64,000 bases of DNA from Lingula anatina (Eukaryota; Animalia; Brachiopoda): positions 47,966,788 to 48,030,787 of the forward strand of contig CM120640.1 in NCBI GenBank assembly GCA_051362555.1, read 5' to 3'. The stretch's first letter is position 1. Every line of letters starts with the position of its first letter. Below are positions 51,031 through 64,000 of this stretch, piece after piece. A program made the translations under genes and the position numbers. Below the pieces are notes generated by a model. It saw only the letters and a list, made by a program, of their open reading frames with translations. It did no database searches and was not told the origin of the DNA.

Positions 51031-54000
51031 GAATCTCATGCATGTCATTATCAGGTACTCACTTTGCTATGACTGGTACCAGCTCCCTCTGTGTAAATAG
51101 AGATGTGAACAAATATTTTTATATATGTAGCAGGGCTTATATATGTAGCAGGATAAGGGGTATGGGCCATCCAAAATAATCTAATTTTCTTCAAAGTTTC
51201 AGTGAATCCTACTTTTTCAAGTGCTGTGAGGGGGATTTAAAAATAAACCTAAAAAAAAATATATATATATAAAATAAAAATCCAGGGGGGCTAACAATAA
51301 TTGGCAACTATATGTACTGCTGACAATCTTCCACAAGGGAAGTCCTTCAAGGGAAGTCCTTCTTGTCTCGCTTGGATTGCGAACGGTCTCCCACTGAAGA
51401 TATGAAAATTACTTTCTTGTCTTGCTTGGATTGGTACTATCTCTGGCTGAAATTCTTCCACAAATGAAATCCCTTGCCAGTGGTTGTTCAAATGATGGCT
51501 GGATGGTTCCCTGGGAAAAGCTATGATATGAAGTCAATATTGGGTGCCAGTTTCACCAAATCTAAGCAAATTTTCTTGACATTAAAAGTACACTGTACAC
51601 CTTTTAACAATTTTCTCAAAGTCATATTTTCTAAGTCTGCATATCCTACAAAGAAATCTTTCCCAATTTAAATCTTAAAAACTATAAAAATTATTTAATA
51701 AAGGTACATGTTATTAACAGTTACTCTGAATTGTGAAGGAGGACATGGTGTTCTAAATGACTGGCCAGTTTAGAAACTCATATACTGTTTACACACCTTA
51801 TACTGGCTTGCTTTTGCTGATGTTGCAATTGAATGAAGACTTATTGATTGAATAATTCAAAATATTGCAACAATTTGCTATATGCATCATTTAAATAGGA
51901 TGGAGGAAACAGCAGCCAAACAATTCATTAGTTTCTGTTCAATAGGAACTTCTATCTTTGATGTTTGCATTTCCATAATTATATTCATAATACTAATGGT
52001 CATTCACTTTATTGCACAATTTTCATTGGTTTAATTTGCAAAGCCAGTGGAAAGCATTTATTTTGAAAAAAAAAATGCTCTAATTTTTACCATTATGTGA
52101 TTAGTTTATACTTTCTTTCCAAAACATAATTACAAGATAACACAATAAAAGAAATTATGCTGCAGAAAGTAACATGAGAGTACAAAACTTATTAAAAAAA
52201 TTCAAACTAATGCAATCAAATTCAAACTAATGCAGTTCACGGAATTCCATGTGAATTTAACTAGAAAAGAGCAATTGTCTTTCATTCAGCAGTATCCTCT
52301 GACAGTATCCTTTTCATTTAATTTTGTTCAAATCCATTAGGAACCTGCAAAATCAACACAAGTAATAATTGCGTTTTCCCAACACACTTCATATCAGGAA
52401 GTGGTTAATGAATTGATTGCTTTGCCACAGTTACTTTGAAATCAAAGATAATTAAAGAGGGATATATTGAGATAGCCTAAATAATTGAACATGACAGTTT
52501 GGTTATTGTTTTGATGTTCATGTCAACTTTTCAAAACTCTGGTCCTTTATTTTGTTGAAGCGAAAAAGCATTTATTTTGAAATAAATACCTCACGTAGCA
52601 AAAAAGATTTGACCTTTCACAATTGTACACTAGGTGTACAAGTGAACACCATGAAGCAATTTTCACTAAGTCTGCTTTCAGATTCACACATCATATTAGC
52701 TGGGTTCAACTCTGCAGGAGAATATCGCTAAAGTGCAGTGAGTGGAATCGGCTTCATCGTCTGACATGCCTCCTCATGGAGCTTAGGCAGGGGTGGATCC
52801 AGAGTTATTTTCTGACAGTCTTCCAGTTTATCTTTGTTGATCCATCCTCCATTTTTGACCGTCTTCCGATATAAAAAATCAGATACCCATCAATGTAAAC
52901 TTGAAAATCTGACCGTCTTCCGGAAGACCCAGAAGACGCCCTAAAACCGCCCCTGTTAGGGGTAATAACTATGGTGTGCTGATTCCACTGATTGCACTTG
53001 AGTGTGTGAATCTGAATGTGCCCTAAAACTAAATGCATCAGTTTCATTGGATGAGGACTTACACCCCATTTCCATAGATTTTTAGATCGATCTATCCCTG
53101 TGGGGAGTCTCACTAGATTACTGTCAGCTTGGCCGGCTTAAGCATCTGTCCCGCCTACTTAAAGCTGTAAGGGGGTAATTAACTATGGTGCCCGCTCGGC
53201 TGACTGCAATTTAGCGTGAACCCCCAGGGAGTTAGGTCGATCTAAATCTTAATCTCTAGATCGATCTAAATCTCTGGGAAAGCACCCTTAGATACCATGT
53301 GTTAATAATTTTAATATTTTATCATTATGTTCATAAGTTCTCATGGTTTATTAGATCTCATGAGGGGGTAGGTGAAGGTTCTCATGGTTTGTTAGATTTC
53401 ATGAGGGGGTAGGTGATGCACAGGAAATGGAATTATTATTGAAAAGTTTTGCATTAATTCAGAGTGCATTGATTGTATGCACCAAGTGATAAGCTTGTTT
53501 TTTAAACAATTTGTTAAGTATAATTGCATTTCTATCATGACTTGTGAAAATTTTACCACAATCTGGGCAAATTTGTCATGATTTTAATTCTTTAATCTCA
53601 GACTAATAAATGATATTCTAACACATTTTAAAGGTATTTCACATGTATCTGACACTGCTTCACATATTTTGTTTTATCTTTTTAGTTAAACCTGACCCCA
53701 TTGAGCTCAGAAAAATTTCTTCTGGGAAGAGGAATCTAACACTGGAGTGGCAGGAATCATCAGATGGGCAAAGACGCAACCAGATGGCATACAACTATAC
53801 AGTACACTACAACTGTACAACACCTTGGGGTGGAGAGGAGGTTCTTGTAAGTAATTTCTCGTTAACAGAGTCTTATTCTTCACTGGTGTCAATATGAACA
53901 TGCATTTGATAGAATCATTTCATTTTATATATCTAAGAATAGTTTTTATGCAGTGACTAATTAATGACTGCATGTAAGAAATGAGCTGTGTAAACCCCAG

Positions 54001-57000
54001 TTAAGTAAGCAATTGGAACTTACTATTCATAAGTCTTTGGAGTATTAGATATTGTCAAATGAAACTCTTAATTCTAAAAGTAAAGGTAGAAAAGAGGATT
54101 AGAGCATACAGCATTTTGGCATTATTCAGTATGAATGCATGTCTTTACAAACCTTTGTTAAGTAGTATTTTATCAGTCATTTCTGCCAATCCTCACATTT
54201 TCAATTGGATCACTTTTCTAATGCATTCAAACTGTATGTTGTTAGTATGTTATCCATGAATTTTGGAAATAATTCTATTTTTCAGAAAAGAGAAGTTCAC
54301 AAGTTAACTAGGGTTAAACTAGAAAACCTGTGGCCAGACATAGAATACAGAGTGGGTGTTACTGCCATCCCTGCTATTGGTGGTTATGATAGTGATATGA
54401 AGAACACTTTGACAGTTAGAACACTTCCAGATGGTAAGCTTCTGATGAGTTTATTTTCATTATTTTATTGATTGACTTTAATTTTTATTGCATATCAATA
54501 ACTGTTGCAACAAAAATAATGCCTCAAAAAAGTTTAATAAAAGACAATCTTATTTTGCCAGATGTGCTGTGGTTGGAGATTCATGGAAGGGGGAGCGTGC
54601 TTCCCAAAAACCAAAATAGGGGGCCTCACACTCCTTCTAAAAAAAAAAGGAAAGGAAAGATTAAATATACACTGAGATCCACAATGACCTATCCAAGTGT
54701 GTCATCTTTACAAAATTTCAGTCTGTCAAAGGAGAATGAGAGTGAGACCAGATATGTTTTATACCTGCATATACCCTAACCTCTGCCCTTCTCACGAGAA
54801 TGTTTGGACTCAATTTTGAGTATGTGTACCAGTTTGTGCACCTCATTTCGATAATCAGTGTTTAAGAGAAGAATAGCTTTATGAATGTCTCATTAATACT
54901 ATTTTATTTTGATTTTTAGCCCCAGCTAGTCCTCCAATAAATAGACCAGAATTGTTCTACAGAGATGAAAGTTGTGGCCTAAATTGCCAGAATATTAAAC
55001 TGTTTTGGCAGGTGAGTATTTTTAATGCCATTCAAAATGAAAATGATTTACTTCATGCTTAGAATATAAGTACAATGTTTTATTTAGTTCTCTTGTTTTT
55101 AACTTACCTATGCAAGTTTGATTATTCCTCACCATTTAGTTCTTCAAAGACCTTATAGATCACATAGTCATGAAAGTTATCTGATGCCATCCAAGTCAGT
55201 CATTTTTTATAATATTTTTCTTAGATTTTTTGATTATCTAAATAGATTGTGAAAGTTTACTAAGATTAATTACTCAAATACAGTTTTAACCAACCTTCCT
55301 TCTAAGTGGTATTTAGTTGTGACTGTTATTTCTTGGTATGAAAAGTGTCCAGAAGCTCACAGTCATTTATTTTAGATAAAACTGTAAATAATTTTCAAGT
55401 ACATTGAACCTTGAAATGATTTCCCTCTTTTCCTCTTTGTTTGCATAAATCACTACCATCTGGAAAAATATTTTCCATATTTTGTTTTTCTGGACGATAA
55501 TTAAGTTACTTAACAGACTTAACTCTAAAGATAAAGGAATTTCCCACATTCCATTTGATTTATTTTTTATTATGTTGTAATCTAGTATTATGTCTCTGAT
55601 TTTTTTATTGCAATCTTAATTCTTTATAATATTCCGAACATTTTTATTCTTATCCTTAGTTTCAAGCATTTGGTAGTTACTTTGTTGCTTCAAGATTTGT
55701 TTCTGAATACTTGTTTTTGCAGACATGTTGCTAATAAAGGTCTCAAACAAATATTTTTTTTCTGTTATAGCCTGTGCTACCAATGGACAGAAATGGGGAG
55801 ATAACACATTACTTAGTTACCCCAAACGGTACCTCAAACAGCATGTATGTTGATAATAGAGCCTACACATACACTGTAGAAAAAATCCTTTCACCCAAAG
55901 AAAAACATACCATGCAACTGCAGGCCATAACAAAGGGAGGCTCATCCCCTATAGCATACTATTACATCCCCTCCGTGTCTGAGGGTGAGTAGAAATACCA
56001 GGTTGCTTTAGATGTGCCTTGTGTCACACCCAACACAATTTTTGCTCATTTTGTTAAATTTTCTATTGGAAACTTTCTTCTGTTTATAAACTCAATTTTA
56101 TGTATGGAACTGTTAAAGGGGTTGCTAAAACAAGTAATGATTTAGTTTTATTTGTTCTTGTCACCTTTTTTAAAGGCAATATTATTAATATCTGTTCATA
56201 TGTGCAAGCTTGTTCTGAATTTGAAGTTGTATATTTATATTCCCAATTCAAGGTTTTTTTTTCTTTTTATTTATTGTCTCATAATTTATTTATTTATTTG
56301 CTTAATTTTCTTTGTTTTTTATAGACCCTCCTATGGTGAAGCAATTGGCTGTCACCAAAGTGGACAATAATACTAAAGTTTTAATGACATGGCGTGTGCC
56401 AGATGATTTCACTGTTACCTTATTCTGGTGTAAAAGCACTGCAGAGATTTGTAATGTATGTACAATTTATGTTCTTTGATTTGTGTGATATGTTTTGGCT
56501 TGCTGTCAGTTTTTGCACACTGGTCTCTTACATTCCTTTTAGAACAAACATATTATTTGTTCTTTTTCAAAATGTGTGCCCCAAGTATCTTAGTAAAAGA
56601 AGCATGCAATTTTTTTTTGACCAAAACAACTTTTGCAATGTTGTAACAGTTGTTTAATTAGTAAAGTAGAAGAAGAAGAATGCATGTTTTCTTTTTTCAA
56701 ATAGGAAAAATTATGCAATGCTGTAACAGTTGTATAATTAGCATAATTTCTAAACTTGATATTGGTTTGTTATGTAACAGACACAGTAGATATAAAGATC
56801 CCTCAGTGAAAATCAAATTCTTTATTAGCATAGAGTCTGAGGAAACCATTGGATGTGATTGCAACAAGCTAGTGAACGATTGTCATGCTTTATATTTTAA
56901 ATTTTTTCTCGTGACTTATATAAGTACCAGCTGATGAGCCCCTTTATTTCACAGGAATCCCCCAGTTGGCAGACAATCTCTGGCAAGAATTCTTCCTTCC

Positions 57001-60000
57001 AAGTTCCATTCAATGGCACTGAAGCATTTGAAGAGTTCCAGTATGCTGCTGCAGTCACTGTGAATGGAATAAGTGGTGGATTAACATGGAGCCAATGCTT
57101 GTATCAGGAAGGGGCTGGTAAGGACCCATTTTCATTTTCTTCATCTCTGTTTTCATTTTCCACCCACCATAGTCTTGTAAACCAGTACCTTATTGTCTCC
57201 AATTTGATTTAGCTACACTACAACTGATAACTTCTTTGGCAATATTCCATAGGTTGGGCACCATATTTATTACAACAATGACTCAAAATTTCTCTTATTT
57301 CTAAATGTATTTATATGTATTTCAGTGCCAGCAAGGGGCCCAGTCTTGAAGAGCACATCCCTACAGCCGCACAACCAGGTCACTGTGGAGTGGGCCCAGA
57401 TGTCCTGTGAGGAGACAGGCAGTGCACAAGTGGTAGCCTATGTTGTAGAGTATGCTTATGTCACAGAGGAGCTGAACTGCTCAAATATAAGTAAGAATTT
57501 TGCTTCATATTGAATTTTTTTGTAGTGTAGGTCAGACAAACAATTTAATCACAGAAAATTATGATACAATTATATACAGTATTTTATTTATTTTGTATAA
57601 TTTGGTTGCTTAGATGTGAAAAAGATATTTGGTTTCTAATCTGTTTTTAACAAGTGTTACAAGTTATATGATGTACAAATACCTCTATGTTTGCATTTCT
57701 GATAAAGAATTGGCTTTCATTGTGAAGCCATCAGTTTAAAATTAATAACTAAGAATATGTTGAGAATGTTTAGCACCAGAATTCAAACTTTTACCTTGTG
57801 CAACTTTCAACAATAAACTGAAGTAGCAAGCACTGTTTAACTGAAATTTGCTATTTAATGTCTGAAGTGTAACTAGCTCAGGGGACTGAATTGATTAAAC
57901 TGCTTAGACTTGCTTTTATTTTGTTATTACAAAGCTTATGCAATATTTAATTTACAGAATCCAGTGTGTGGGAAAGGGTGTCCTTGGATGACCCAGAAAC
58001 CTTCATTTGGTCCATGGAGGATTTAGAAGCTGGTAAAACCATGTGTGTGAGAGTTGCAGCAAAATCCATTGTAGGTTTAGGACCATTTAGTATTCCAAAA
58101 ATGGTCAGGATCAGTGGTGAGTTTATAGGGACATGTGCATCCCATATTAGCCATAAAAACAAGCTTTATTACATTGCATCGAAGTATGTAAAATATTATT
58201 CCTTTCCAGTACATTATTAAATTAAAAAACTATTTGATTTGGCTGCAAAAGAAAATCTTTATTCATTGAAAAAAAATGAGTAGAATAACATCTTTTTTTT
58301 TCATTTGAATTGGTAAAATTATGACCTTAGAAGTTATTTTATTAAATTACTTTGTTTGACTTTTACAGTGCATTGTAGTGCTCATTAAAATTGAGAGGAT
58401 TTGATTCCTTATTGAATGCAGATACATTATTTATATATTTTATATTTTTAGGATTACTTAAGGGAGAAATAGCTGGTATTACAATTGGTGTTGTCGTCTG
58501 CACTGTCTTAATCATTTTGGGAATCATTTTGTGTTTCAAGTAAGTGTAATGTATCAGTTCAATGTGAATTTGTGACCATAGAACTATCACCAGTAAGGAT
58601 TATGTATGTCTGATAAGATTTCTTTGGAATGATAACAGTATCTTAATGTTTCCAAAAAATTAATTTCTGTTGAAATAATTCTCTTTCACAGGAGTGGTCG
58701 CAACTGTTACAAGTATATGTTTAAGAAAATTGAGATAAACATTCCAGAGAGTCTTGAGGTAAGTATCTTTTAATAAATTTAATTTACATATCCTAAGATC
58801 AGGTCTACTGAGGATGCTGTTAATCTTACTTAACACGATATTGCCTTTAAAACTGCACAAGAAACATGTTAATTATCTCAATTTTAACACATCACACAGT
58901 GACTGGATTTCAAATTTTTTTAATCAACCACACTCAGCGAGTCAAAGTTGGCTGTAATTTCTGCAAGACCGTAGACATAAACACTGGCACACGGAATCAT
59001 ATTAATTTTCATTTATACTTTAACTGTATAAACATGACAATAAGTAAATTATTATTATTATTATTTATTATTATAATTATTTTATCCTTTAAGCCCTGCA
59101 CTGTTGTGCTTATGTGTCAGCTTTTGCAATATCACAACAAATATTTTTCAGCTTAATTTAATTTTTAATATATATTTTTTTCAATTTGTCTTCATGGTTA
59201 TTTAACTTTAAATATTTTAGCAGTTTTATTGCACCAATTTCTACTTTATCTTTTAATGTAATAAGAACAATTGGTTGTGTCATTAGGGCATGTTTTTTTC
59301 AATGTGGCGGCTGTTGTGAAGCCTCAAAAATGAATGTCCATTGTTTTTTTGTTTTTTTTTTTTTTTGCTTCATATATGCTTTCACCAAATTTTTATTAAT
59401 TTTTCTGGGCCAGTTTGATATTTTAATCAAAATAACCAATGTAGGCAAAAAGATTGATGATTTGACAAAAAGGGAATTGGGTCCAAAAGAACCTTAGCCA
59501 AGACTATTTTGGTCTTCAGTTTATGATCTGATGTTATTTATGCAGGAATATACTGTAAATTACCATGGGGCATCAAATGGCGGATTTGTAAGTGTAAGTA
59601 GAGAGTAAATCTAGCGAGTGTTTTCTTTATGAAATTACGGTGTTTCTTGCAGTGTAACTAAAGTGATAGTTTGTTTTGATCTGAAAGTCTTGTCAGTGGG
59701 ATTGTTTAGTTGTATACTTATTGCTTCATTCTTACTTGTCAGTGCTTATTGTGGTTAATATAATAAACTAATTTTAAAAAATGAATGTATTTTAAATTAT
59801 AATTTTATCTACTGATATCAAGACCTTGAAAATCTGTTCAATTACAAAATACTCAACTATGAACAAGTTAATGTAATTGAACTGAAATTTTCAGGCAATG
59901 TTTTACATAATGCTAAATGAAGTAGTTTAGGGAATGTATGATAAAAGGTGTCACACTATCAAATGATTATACTTATTCAATTTAATGGATTTAAGAATCT

Positions 60001-63000
60001 AAACCAACTTCATTGTGGTATTTTGCCCTGTTCCTTTGTATTTGTATTCATACATACTTGATCATTGTTGATTAACTGTAAAATTTGGTGGTTGGTTTAT
60101 TTCAATTGAATGAAATTGATATGGTAAAGATATGGTGGAAGTAATGTTTCATAAATGTTTATTATTATGTTGGTATGTTTTTGAAATGTAACATATTTTG
60201 GGGAGATGGTGGAAGTTTTTTATGTTTAATTGATGTGCCTCAACAAAAAGTGACATAAGATATTGAACATCACATTGTCCTTTGTTGTCTCAAAAAGACA
60301 ATTACTCTGAGAACCAAGTATAGTTCCCCAGCTTGCAGTAGACAACATAATTAGAAATAAACCTATTGCTAGATTTTGTACTTTCCCTCCCCACCCTACT
60401 AATCCCCTAGCTGTTATGCCTTAACATTTTAGAAGTCATAGGGTTTGGGGCTATTGTGTTTGTACTTGACATCCAAATAGTCACAGAATGTGTAATGTTT
60501 GAAGTCTTTTTTCCCCAGTCCAGTAATTGACCAAAACCAAAGATTACCTAAAACTCGAACATAATCAATCCAAATATTGCCAGTAATATAAAGCAATTAT
60601 CTTTGGAAAGTTTGTGACCCTCAGATGTTAATCTCGACCAAAATGTAGATAGGAGTTAATTTAACTAGTTATCATCCATTTAATATGTTAAGTTTCCCAT
60701 AGCAGTCATGGCTTTAACATGGGATTTCTATGGAATATCTCTAGCTTGATTAAAGACTAAAAACTAAAAAGAATATTTTTGAGATAGACAATGCAAGATA
60801 TTGAACTTCTTATCAAGCTTTTGTGGTATATTGTTTTTAGGTGTATGCTCTTGGTAAAGATGGTTCCTATGATGTCCGCATGGACTCTGCCCAAAACACT
60901 CCTACAGAGAAAACTAGATTTATATATGAAAATCTAACTGAGGTAATTTATATTTAGGTTAAAATTTGGGAACCAATTCATGTGAGCCACTATGTAGGCC
61001 AGTGTTGAATTGGTATTAAGTTGGTGTAATTCATCCACCTGGTGCAGGTGATACTGATCACATAATGAGTCCTTAGCACGTAGCAACCCTCATTTAAGAG
61101 AGTAAATTTTTAAACATTTGATTGATCAATTGACTGTGCTTTGGACCTAGTATGCTTAATGGCATCACTATCTCCTGGCTTGCGTGGATGCATTAGATTA
61201 ACTGAAGTCTAATAGATTGGTGGTACATGATGCTCATGACTTATTTGTACCTCTTATATTTATCCTAGCACTGAGTGTACTGTCCTTTCACAAAATATTA
61301 ATTTCACTGCATCTGATCCTCAGTATTGCCCTGTGCTCACTGTTCACAGTTCTACCATGACCAGCTCACTTATAAAGCATGGACATGTATCTTGAAATTA
61401 CCACTCATATATCCTTTGGCTTTGCTTTGATTCTGTACTGCAGTTAATTGCTATCTATTAATATCTTTTTTTTTTGTATGGGAATATGAGCAGTGTGTAA
61501 AGATTTGTATTATTTTATATAATAAAACTTAAAAGACTTTGTGACATGAGGAAAATTATCTGAGTGGATGTCAGTAGTATTCCTGTTTTGAAAAAAAAAT
61601 TGCTAAATAATTAATGGAGAGAGATTTCAGTATGAAATATTCAGTATGAAATGTACTGGAATTGTATGGATTTGAAGTGTATTGGCACATACTGTACCAT
61701 CTCATCCCATTTACCAATAACATTTATCCAATAACAACTCTATTTTCACAAATCTTCCATTCCATGTTTGATTTTGATTTTGATTTTATATTAACTTTCC
61801 TGATTTGCTTTGGATATTTGCATGTTGTCTTGGTTTTGCATGTGCTATGTTTTAGTTTTGTATTTTTGCATATCCAATCAGGGAATAAAGAATGATGTGT
61901 TGTATTTGTTACTGCATGTAGCATGTTATTTCTTAGTGCATGTAGGGTATATGTTATTTAATGTTATGTAGCTTGATTATATCTATATCCTTTACCAAAT
62001 GACAGACTTTACGAAAGGCCAAAAAACTGTGAGAAATTTGATCTAACAAGCTTGAAAATTCTGTCAGGCTGAAGCAAAATCTGACAGACTGAATCAAATT
62101 TATAAAAAAAAATGCAAATTTGATTTTTTTTTTTTTACAGTGTCTGTATATATTCTGATCAGTCTGTCTGTCCATGTCGTCCCCATTGCTGTTTCTGTCA
62201 TATGGCATTCGCCCCATAACTGCCAAATGGTTTTTTGTTTTACTTTAAATTTACTGAGTGGCTTTTTTTTTCACAATTTACCGATGAAAATAGAGCTTTT
62301 TCTCCTTTCTTGTTCAAAAAACTTGAAAACATAAGGACCAACAGTACAGAATTTTTATCGGACTGAGGCGAAATTTGTCAGGATTGTCTGATGGTCCTGG
62401 GCCTTTTGTAAAGTCTGAAATTATAAGTATTGATGTACATAATAAACTGCCAATATTCCCTTGCAATGTAAATGTCACTAGAAAGAAAAAAATGCCAAGA
62501 AATATTATTATACAAGATTTACCATTTTGTAAATATTATGAAAAAATGGTACAACATTTTAGTATGTATTGTAGAAAAAGTTAATATGTCATAAATTTTT
62601 TACTTAAAACAATTACATATTTCCAGGACCATCTTGTGATCAATGGTACTGTAGTGAGGACATTGTCCACACAGGATAGCCATGACAGTGGGAATGAAAG
62701 CATTACGTCAGAGTTCTACAGAAGTAATGGGGATCAAGGATGTGAAGAAGAGCCACAGAGTCCAAAACCTTATGTGCAGGGGATCCCTACAAGGTACTTT
62801 CAGTAAAGATTGAAAATGCTTTGCTTTTAATGTATGAAATTAGCTGTTCTGCTTACATTGTGTGAAATAAAGAAGCATGCACTCAATGATGCCCATAAAT
62901 TAGTCTACACATGTTATATCATTGTAATATTCTGATAGTTTGAACTGTTACAGAAATGGTTGCTCAGTCATTTCTTATCAGCACCTTAACAACCATTAAA

Positions 63001-64000
63001 AACCATTTCATTTCTATAGGAGCCTTACTCCTTTACCAGAGGAGTCGGAAACCAGTGATAGTACACCAAGTGCTCCTGAATACAGTCAATTTGGAATGAA
63101 TCATGGCAAGCAAATAGTCTTGGAGACAGTTCCTGGTCAGTTTTGTTAATGTCTTATAAGAAATAGTTATCAGGAAAGAAATAAAAAGTATTGTTTTGTG
63201 AGGCAAAATAATGAGCAGTGAAGGTCTAAATACAAACAAATTTTAGCACTTTTAGTAAAGATTAAGGCTAGTAGTCAATTTACCAAGATATAGTTCTCTG
63301 TAGTTGTGCATAAGGAGTGTGTATTTATACCACTATGATATATATGTACCGATGTGTTATATATATTTATTTTATCTTTAGGTACAAACTATGTGCAAGC
63401 CGGTTACCCCATATGTGATGAGTCAAGCATAGCAAAACCAGATAATATGACTGTTATGTGTGTCCAAAGACAAGGAACACCAGCAAATAAACCTCCACCT
63501 CTGCTACAGGATTCTTTATCACAGCCAGAAACATTGGATACAAGTATATCTTCATATGTAAAAACTGCTCAGAAGCAATCACCAGATGACAGTCATTCCA
63601 TGTCTAAGAAAGACTTGATGGATCATAGCTACAATGAGATAGGTTCATATGTGAAAACTGCTGCCAATGGCATCTGTTTGTCACCACCAACTGATCCTGC
63701 AGATAGTTCTGTGGGGTCCTATGTGCAGGTTGCTGCCTCTCAGAATATCAATAACAACAATTTGAATGGAGGTGTGTCTCCCCCACCAGTTGAGAACTCT
63801 AGTAACCCTGTTGGGGATGAATACTTAGAGCCACTGCCTTCATCAGAGGCAGGTAAGATGGATACGGTGCAAGTGCCCCAAAATCAAGACAAATCTACTT
63901 CCAAGTCCTCCCTTATTGCTGTGAATAAGGCATATGGTATTGAGGTGCCAGAGAAAAATTCATTGGAAAATGCTGATACCTCTCCACTATCTGTTGGGGA
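44130..64000 (+). CDS. Type I cytokine receptor, gp130/IL6ST- or domeless-like; coding exons 44130-44217, 44869-45174, 45682-45805, [49412-49423], 50735-50928, 53686-53846, 54286-54433, 54920-55011, 55771-55984, 56325-56455, 56955-57117, 57326-57490, 57958-58116, 58452-58539, 58692-58758, 59546-59587, 60841-60942, 62627-62793, 63020-63135, 63382->64000
   Basis: Signal peptide MQWRAGLLAVLLWTLLSTKSCQS (in-frame upstream ATGs at 44064 and 44103 are possible). It is followed by an Ig-like exon (LTPLDPYLTENSNYTLNCTL...YYC) and a cytokine-binding module (KPQPPTSVSCIVYAQKYMTC, CTNFTKTSCTW, VKPDP). Three further FN3 domains follow (RNGEITHY; LEAGKTMCVRVAAKSIVGLGPFS). Then come the TM segment IAGITIGVVVCTVLIILGIILCF, a Box1-like KIEINIP and a Tyr-motif-rich tail. 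Phases are consistent throughout. Confidence 0.88.
47256..49196 (+). mobile_element. Helentron-associated interspersed element (HINE-like) with internal tandem array, in a receptor intron
   Basis: T-run start; subterminal repeat TGTACAGACA with an adjacent inverted copy; (GTCGCC)n microsatellite; ~159-bp tandem units (aaaacgcaggtcaagttcgaaaa at 47428, 47587, 47746, 47906) followed by more diverged units; 3' TGTCTGTACA (49164-49173), hairpin gacagc-ttt-gctgcc, then TTGTT. Confidence 0.82.
50993..51031. repeat. (GA)n microsatellite
   Basis: Direct reading. Confidence 0.95.
51315..51478 (+). repeat. Decayed copy of the ~60-bp subrepeat family found inside the 3231-6433 element
   Basis: ttcttgtctcgcttggattgcgaacggtctcccactgaa matches 3719-3785, 4018-4080 and 5345-5400. 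Confidence 0.7.
52788..52955. mobile_element. 168-bp MITE with 5-bp TSD (hAT5-like)
   Basis: CAGGGGTGGATCCAG / CTAAAACCGCCCCTG flanked by TTAGG on both sides. Confidence 0.75.
53061..53288 (+). mobile_element. Full-length copy of the ~220-bp element family
   Basis: Core is colinear with 26265-26480; ends ACACCCCATTTCCA and TGGGAAAGCACCCT. Confidence 0.85.
53337..53416 (+). repeat. Two-copy 41-bp tandem duplication
   Basis: gttctcatggttt(a/g)ttagat(c/t)tcatgagggggtaggtga occurs twice. Confidence 0.85.

Noticed and set aside
63853-63858. Donor-like GCAG|gtaaga within the last receptor exon
   Set aside because: The frame stays open with coding-like composition to the window end; it cannot be called an intron without transcripts.

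Overview
AT-rich, intron-rich animal genomic DNA. It is an invertebrate; the repeat families resemble those of molluscs and other lophotrochozoans, but the species cannot be determined. From left to right: (1) the 5' part of a secreted or membrane Pro/Ser/Thr-rich (mucin-like) gene on the minus strand, running off the left edge; (2) CYB5RL (minus, 5 coding exons), preceded by two exons carrying a separate 74-codon ORF and containing a 3.2-kb CpG-rich TA-flanked DNA transposon in its last intron; (3) SETD9 (plus, 6 exons), head-to-head with that locus; (4) a 22-kb tandem array of tartrate-resistant (purple) acid phosphatase genes (ACP5-like), with three intact copies (A, B, D) and two pseudogenic remnants that record a two-gene tandem duplication; (5) head-to-head with ACP5-D, a gp130/domeless-like type I cytokine receptor (plus, at least 17 coding exons) running off the right edge. 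Many non-autonomous DNA elements are present (EnSpm/CACTA-like, Helentron-associated, MITEs, tRNA-derived). The most interesting signals are a possible polycistronic or shared-promoter unit (small ORF, CYB5RL, mucin-like gene) and a compact ACP5/cytokine-receptor divergent promoter carrying M-box, STAT (GAS) and ETS motifs. Exon coordinates were derived by hand from GT-AG sites and reading frame; no database searches were run.
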